Source of the DNA: a virus
Virus record (IMG/VR): IMGVR_UViG_3300017748_000001
Span: 32,001 to 96,000 of that record
Reading direction: 5' to 3' (one strand)
Length of the DNA stretch: 64,000 nucleotides
Of the stretch, positions 60,093 to 64,000 are shown one piece after another; the first letter of the stretch is position 1, and each line of letters opens with the position of its first letter. Under the pieces are notes generated by a model. The model made no database searches. It was given only the letters and a program-made list of their open reading frames with translations, and had not been told where the DNA came from. A program made the translations under genes and the position numbers.

Positions 60093-60938
60093 TTACGGAT
60101 TTAAGTCTAGTTTGGGAGCCTCGATTGTATGAGTTCCTCCCGAATTTACTTTGTGTGTACCACCATATTTATACTCCGCAGACGAACCTACATCAACAGA
60201 AATTTTTCCATCCACAATCACTTTATAATTTCCTTTGATGTGGAGGGTTTTATCTCCTTCTACTATCTCGTAATCGTCGCTTTTTGACTTTTTGACCGTA
60301 GTGCCATCTGGGTGAATTTCTATGAATGTTCCAGATTTATGATAGATGTGTATTCTCTCTGCGCCTGGCGTATCATCAAGCTCTACATGATGACCAGACT
60401 TAGTACTAATTACATTATTGTGCGGATATTCTGCTGCATATGGAGTGGATGGTTCTCCTGACTTTGAGTCTAGGGAATCTTTCTTTTCCTGTACAATGGT
60501 CTCCGAAGTATTGTCTCCCGTCGCAAGTCTATTGACATCAGATTCGCCCAAAACGCTTCCGTCGGGTAACAGAGAATCTTTATTCTCTGTGGGGTATAAA
60601 CCAGCTGGATCAGAAAAAGCATTCTCTGTATTAATTTTAGTTTGAGGTTTGCCGGGCACTGTACCAAAGATAATTGGATCTTCTGCAGATTCTCCATCGC
60701 GAAAGAATCCGACAACCCATGCACCAGTTACTACCCCAGTCGGAGATGTTCCAAGACCACCAATGCTTGCGGAAGTGATTGGCATAATCGGTGATGCCCA
60801 AGGCAATAAATCAACATCTACTTCTTCTGTGTGATATCCAAATATCCTTACCTTGACTCGGCCAATCTTTTCTGGGTCATCAATATCTTGAACGATACCC
60901 TGCCACCAGATCAGGCCTGCATTCACCAAACTATCCAT
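60093..60938 (-). CDS. gp5: Baseplate hub/central spike gp5 (OB-fold plus short beta-helix, no lysozyme domain)
   Basis: WW.G.V.DIDDPEKIGRVKVRI.G.H, LPWA, GAWV.GFFRDG, YPHNNV..TKSGH..ELDDTPGAERI...H.SG.F.EI.PDG. Only 281 aa. Confidence 0.9.
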   Translation of the reverse strand: MDSLVNAGLIWWQGIVQDIDDPEKIGRVKVRIFGYHTEEVDVDLLPWASPIMPITSASIGGLGTSPTGVVTGAWVVGFFRDGESAEDPIIFGTVPGKPQTKINTENAFSDPAGLYPTENKDSLLPDGSVLGESDVNRLATGDNTSETIVQEKKDSLDSKSGEPSTPYAAEYPHNNVISTKSGHHVELDDTPGAERIHIYHKSGTFIEIHPDGTTVKKSKSDDYEIVEGDKTLHIKGNYKVIVDGKISVDVGSSAEYKYGGTHKVNSGGTHTIEAPKLDLNP

Positions 60939-62136
60939 AACTGACTCCAGAACCGTCCTTGACTAGTTCCATAGTCATACTGTATCCTCTCTTGAGAAAC
61001 GTGTGTTTAATTGCTACAATCAACCAGTTTCCACTGTAATGTTTATCTTCTTCTGGGCCTCTGTTTCCTTCCGGCGGAGAGAGTTCCGGAAAAACTAATT
61101 TAATGACATCTCCCGAAGAGATACGACTGTCTCCAAACACATCTATTTTTATTTTAAAGTTTTTAAATATTTGTTCGTTTGCTTTTGACTGTAGATAAAA
61201 TTTATCCTGTTGGTATGGATTTAAAAAGTTTTCGGGAAGTAAATATTCATTAGTAGGAGCGTAATTATAGGCTCCACTTGCCTGCAATTTATTCTCTGCA
61301 AGTTTCGGAGAATAATTCTCATTCCAATAATTATAATTAAATTGATCGTAGGTTCTTCCGATTAAATCTACTGTTCTTGCTTTTGTTGCATACATTCCGG
61401 ATGTAATATTATCCAATACAGAAAATTTAGATATAACGGAGTAGTCCAATAATTTATTCTCTTCCTCCGATTGATTGCCTGTATTTGGGACTGCTTTGAT
61501 ATATTCTTTCTTAGGACTTCCGGATGCAAGTTCTAAGAGAGGTTTAAATCGATACTCATTTGCGGTTTCGAAAAAATAGTATGGAGCAGAATGAGTATTT
61601 GAGAATGATTTATCTTTTAACCAATTTATTGCTCGGAATGGAGTCATATTTGGAACCACAAGAGATTGACTATCATCGCTCGCAGTAATATTGAGTTTTT
61701 TATCAGAACTTAATTTCTTAAATATCTTATTGACAATCGCAGAAGAACTTTCTTCTCTGTGGCCGGTACAGACTCTCTTCTCAAAGTTTGTAATGAAATC
61801 TCTTGTGGTCATATCTAAAACATAAGTGATGGCTTCTCCGTCCTGTTCTATATTCGTCACATTGTATATAACCAGATCTAGTTTTATAGGATCGATTGGA
61901 TCTTCTTCTGGTTCTGTAGTCATTTCTAATTCTAGTTCTACAGATTCCTGACCGATAATTGGAATTAATCTTATGAAATCATATGTATCTACGATTGTTG
62001 CCCGAACAGACAAACTCTGAGAAAATATATTCTCATATATTGATATTTCTAGAAATACAGCACCAAGGTCAATTCCTCTTCCCTCAGTCTGATATACTCT
62101 AAAACTTTTTACATCATACTGACCAGCAAATTTCAT
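60931..62136 (-). CDS. Putative baseplate hub protein (gp27/Mu gp44/GPD-like)
   Basis: Lies between gp53 and gp5. EISIYENIF...V.ATIVD, YYFFET...Y.FKPL, I.V.GD.RI..GD.I.L...SG.WLI..IKH.F pattern of hub proteins. Confidence 0.7.
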   Translation of the reverse strand: MKFAGQYDVKSFRVYQTEGRGIDLGAVFLEISIYENIFSQSLSVRATIVDTYDFIRLIPIIGQESVELELEMTTEPEEDPIDPIKLDLVIYNVTNIEQDGEAITYVLDMTTRDFITNFEKRVCTGHREESSSAIVNKIFKKLSSDKKLNITASDDSQSLVVPNMTPFRAINWLKDKSFSNTHSAPYYFFETANEYRFKPLLELASGSPKKEYIKAVPNTGNQSEEENKLLDYSVISKFSVLDNITSGMYATKARTVDLIGRTYDQFNYNYWNENYSPKLAENKLQASGAYNYAPTNEYLLPENFLNPYQQDKFYLQSKANEQIFKNFKIKIDVFGDSRISSGDVIKLVFPELSPPEGNRGPEEDKHYSGNWLIVAIKHTFLKRGYSMTMELVKDGSGVSYG

Positions 62137-62678
62137 AGTTTAATAACTCTTTCATATTCTCTCACAAAATCATCAACAACATCGTTCCTCAAAAGTCGAA
62201 TTGTACGATTCTTTTCGTTTAACTCATTCTCATATTGAAATTTAGAAAACATCTCATACTGTGCTCTATCGAAGTCTGTAGTAAAGAAACTATAAGTTTC
62301 CGGACTAATCTTTGTGGAATTTGTTTTATGGACATAATAATGCGGAGTTGTTTCTGCAGTCATTAAGTCTCCATATTTTTCTGCAATCATAGTTGCAAAT
62401 GCTCCGGAACTTAACGGCCATTCGTCATAAAAACTAGTTATTCCATTAAATACCAAAATAGTCCAATGATAAAGCGGAGATTTGTAATACAATTCTGAAA
62501 TAATTTCCGGAGTATCACCATCATTAACAATATATTCGTATGATGAAGAGGGTGCGACTTGATATTTCTCTACTACCTGTGCGACCTTAAAAATATTCTT
62601 TACTACTCTATTTTTATTATTTAAGAGTATATCGTAAGAAGTATAAGGAACTTTATTAAATATGCTTTTGCCTGCCAT
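62133..62678 (-). CDS. gp53: Baseplate wedge subunit gp53 (LysM-like)
   Basis: Y.V.DGDTPEIIS..YY.SP.YHW.IL..N.I......WPLS...N...R.IRLL. Confidence 0.88.
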   Translation of the reverse strand: MAGKSIFNKVPYTSYDILLNNKNRVVKNIFKVAQVVEKYQVAPSSSYEYIVNDGDTPEIISELYYKSPLYHWTILVFNGITSFYDEWPLSSGAFATMIAEKYGDLMTAETTPHYYVHKTNSTKISPETYSFFTTDFDRAQYEMFSKFQYENELNEKNRTIRLLRNDVVDDFVREYERVIKL

Positions 62679-62680
62679 TT

Positions 62681-63640
62681 TTAAAATCCTTTTGGTACAT
62701 CATCTCTAGTGACTTGTTCATTTTCAGAGAAGGTTAAAGATAACTGAATGTTCGCAGGATATCCATCTTTGGTCAATGTATATCTTCCATTTGCTCCAAA
62801 AGTAACATTACATTCTTCAAGATTGCATGGTTTAAATTGATGCATAAAATTCTTAATTTTGCCTGCGTCATCTTTTATAATATATCGAATATCAAATGAT
62901 TGAGGAATATCATAAAATCCAGTAGATATAATATTTGGTAACATTGCTTGTCGGAAAGTTTCTATGATTTTATCTAACTGTTGAGACTCTTGAAGACTTC
63001 TAGGAACTAAGTTATATTGGAATTGAAACTTTCTAAATTCTATCCCTTTAAATGTTAAATACTTTGCTGCGTTCGCGGCCCTGCCAAAGACTGCTTGGTT
63101 TATTACGTCTCCTGCACCGCCTCCCAACATATTACCACCAGTTTGAGTTACTTCTGCTTTAAAGGATTCAAAAAAATTACCCCCAGCACCAACATCCTTT
63201 AAATCTGCAAAATTTCCAGCAAGAGCACTAGTCAATCCAGCACCAAGAGTTCCAAGTGTATTAGAATCGTATTGAGCAGTAGTGGGCATTGCAATGTTTT
63301 CTGGGATAAAAAGTCTTATTGTCTCTCCAGCTTTCACTCTGCTAGTAGTTTTTATGATTACATCATCTGCTCGAGTTTGATTTTCCACCTCTTGAAGTTT
63401 CTTAGCAGCAGTTTCTGGGTCAGACGCAATAACAGATATTTTGTCTTTAAGAGACATTCCCCCTATCATTTCCCTGGCGTTGGTCTCTTCTCTAACTCTA
63501 AATTCGATATAACTGTGGAGTTCTGTGCCTTCCTGGCCCAAATTACTGGGGAATTGAAATGAGGGTTTAGTCTCTTTTGCCTTCTCTATTTCTTTATTTG
63601 CAGTGTTTAGGGGTGTTGCTGTTGTGCTTTCTTCTGCCAT
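62681..63640 (-). CDS. gp48: Baseplate tail-tube cap gp48
   Basis: FP.NL, I.L..PE......A.Y, F.GI.FR.F.F...L.PRS..ES..L..II..FR.AM.P, FKPC.L....V..G...G.P....L.L.F.E. Confidence 0.85.
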   Translation of the reverse strand: MAEESTTATPLNTANKEIEKAKETKPSFQFPSNLGQEGTELHSYIEFRVREETNAREMIGGMSLKDKISVIASDPETAAKKLQEVENQTRADDVIIKTTSRVKAGETIRLFIPENIAMPTTAQYDSNTLGTLGAGLTSALAGNFADLKDVGAGGNFFESFKAEVTQTGGNMLGGGAGDVINQAVFGRAANAAKYLTFKGIEFRKFQFQYNLVPRSLQESQQLDKIIETFRQAMLPNIISTGFYDIPQSFDIRYIIKDDAGKIKNFMHQFKPCNLEECNVTFGANGRYTLTKDGYPANIQLSLTFSENEQVTRDDVPKGF

Positions 63641-63660
63641 GACCAGTCCGTTTTATTTTT

Positions 63661-63668
63661 TATAAATA
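63661..63668 (+). promoter_or_regulatory. T4-type late promoter TATAAATA for gp4
   Basis: Exact motif on the + strand 35 nt upstream of the ATG at 63704. Confidence 0.8.
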
Positions 63669-63683
63669 ATTATTTACACCTAT

Positions 63684-63691
63684 TATTTATA
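63684..63691 (-). promoter_or_regulatory. T4-type late promoter TATAAATA for the gp48 baseplate operon
   Basis: TATTTATA on the + strand 43 nt upstream of the gp48 ATG. Confidence 0.8.
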
Positions 63692-63703
63692 TGAGGTTTT
63701 TGA

Positions 63704-64000
63704 ATGTCGCGGAAATTTACCTACAAAGGTAGATATACTCCTGAGAATCCCCAAAAATACATAGGTGATACAAGTAAAATAGTATATCGCTCCAGTTGGG
63801 AGAGAAGATTCATGGTCTATTGTGATAAGAACCCTTCTATACTTTCATGGGCAAGTGAAGAACTTGCAATCCCCTATTTGTCACCAATCGATCACAAGAT
63901 GCACCGATACTATCCAGACTTTATCGTAAAAACAAAAGATAAGGTTAGTATGATTGAAATTAAACCTAATCGCGAAACAAAACCACCCAGAAAAAAGAAA
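63704..64000 (+). CDS. gp4: Head completion protein gp4, N-terminal part (runs off the right edge)
   Basis: Not in the ORF track. Manual translation: MSRKFTYKGRYTPENPQKYIGDTSKIVYRSSWERRFMVYCDKNPSILSWASEELAIPYLSPIDHKMHRYYPDFIVK...IEIKP, the TnsA-like nuclease motif of gp4. Confidence 0.93.
   Translation, partial: MSRKFTYKGRYTPENPQKYIGDTSKIVYRSSWERRFMVYCDKNPSILSWASEELAIPYLSPIDHKMHRYYPDFIVKTKDKVSMIEIKPNRETKPPRKKK

Noticed and set aside
402-63562. Many short plus-strand ORFs (e.g. 43318..44049, 243 aa; 36433..36828; 20255..20662) and out-of-frame minus-strand ORFs
   Set aside because: They lie antisense to or nested inside long coherent minus-strand genes, have no RBS or promoter support, and show the hydrophobic/Ser-rich composition of shadow frames. 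43318..44049 merely mirrors the 315-bp duplication.
1-64000. Stop-codon reassignment, introns/inteins, tRNA genes
   Set aside because: The standard code gives long, densely packed ORFs ending in TAA, TAG or TGA at gene boundaries. The core genes (gp6, gp8, gp25, gp48, gp53) are uninterrupted, and the intergenic gaps are short with no cloverleaf seen.

Overview
This window is part of the virion-structural (late) region of a T4-like myovirus. The AT-rich composition and gene content suggest a marine or aquatic T4-superfamily phage, but the host cannot be determined from sequence alone. Almost everything is on the minus strand and is preceded by intergenic T4-type late promoters (TATAAATA, plus CATAAATA variants). 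The right end is a recognisable baseplate block: gp4 (plus strand, partial), gp48, gp53, a gp27-like hub, a lysozyme-less gp5, gp25, gp6, gp7, gp8 and a DUF4815/VrlC-like protein. The left end is the start of neck gene gp13. Between them, where T4 has gp9-gp12 and wac, lie about 45 kb of mostly unassignable fibre/adhesin-like genes. Three internal paralog systems stand out. (1) A six-gene operon (1382-11756) shares a roughly 80-aa helical N-terminal module, in two stalk classes of three. Four members carry payloads (FG-GAP propellers with or without a cadherin-like domain, or a cupredoxin-like domain) and two are payload-less stubs. (2) Four very large paralogs (658-1975 aa) are built on one discontinuous conserved scaffold with large variable insertions. 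(3) Two segmented coiled-coil fibres share a roughly 48-aa repeat. Also present are a displaced PAAR gene, a hyper-acidic 14-aa-repeat protein and a recent 315-bp intragenic duplication. I saw no tRNA, CRISPR array, integrase, reverse transcriptase or homing endonuclease. Family assignments come from motif recognition by eye, and no database searches were run.
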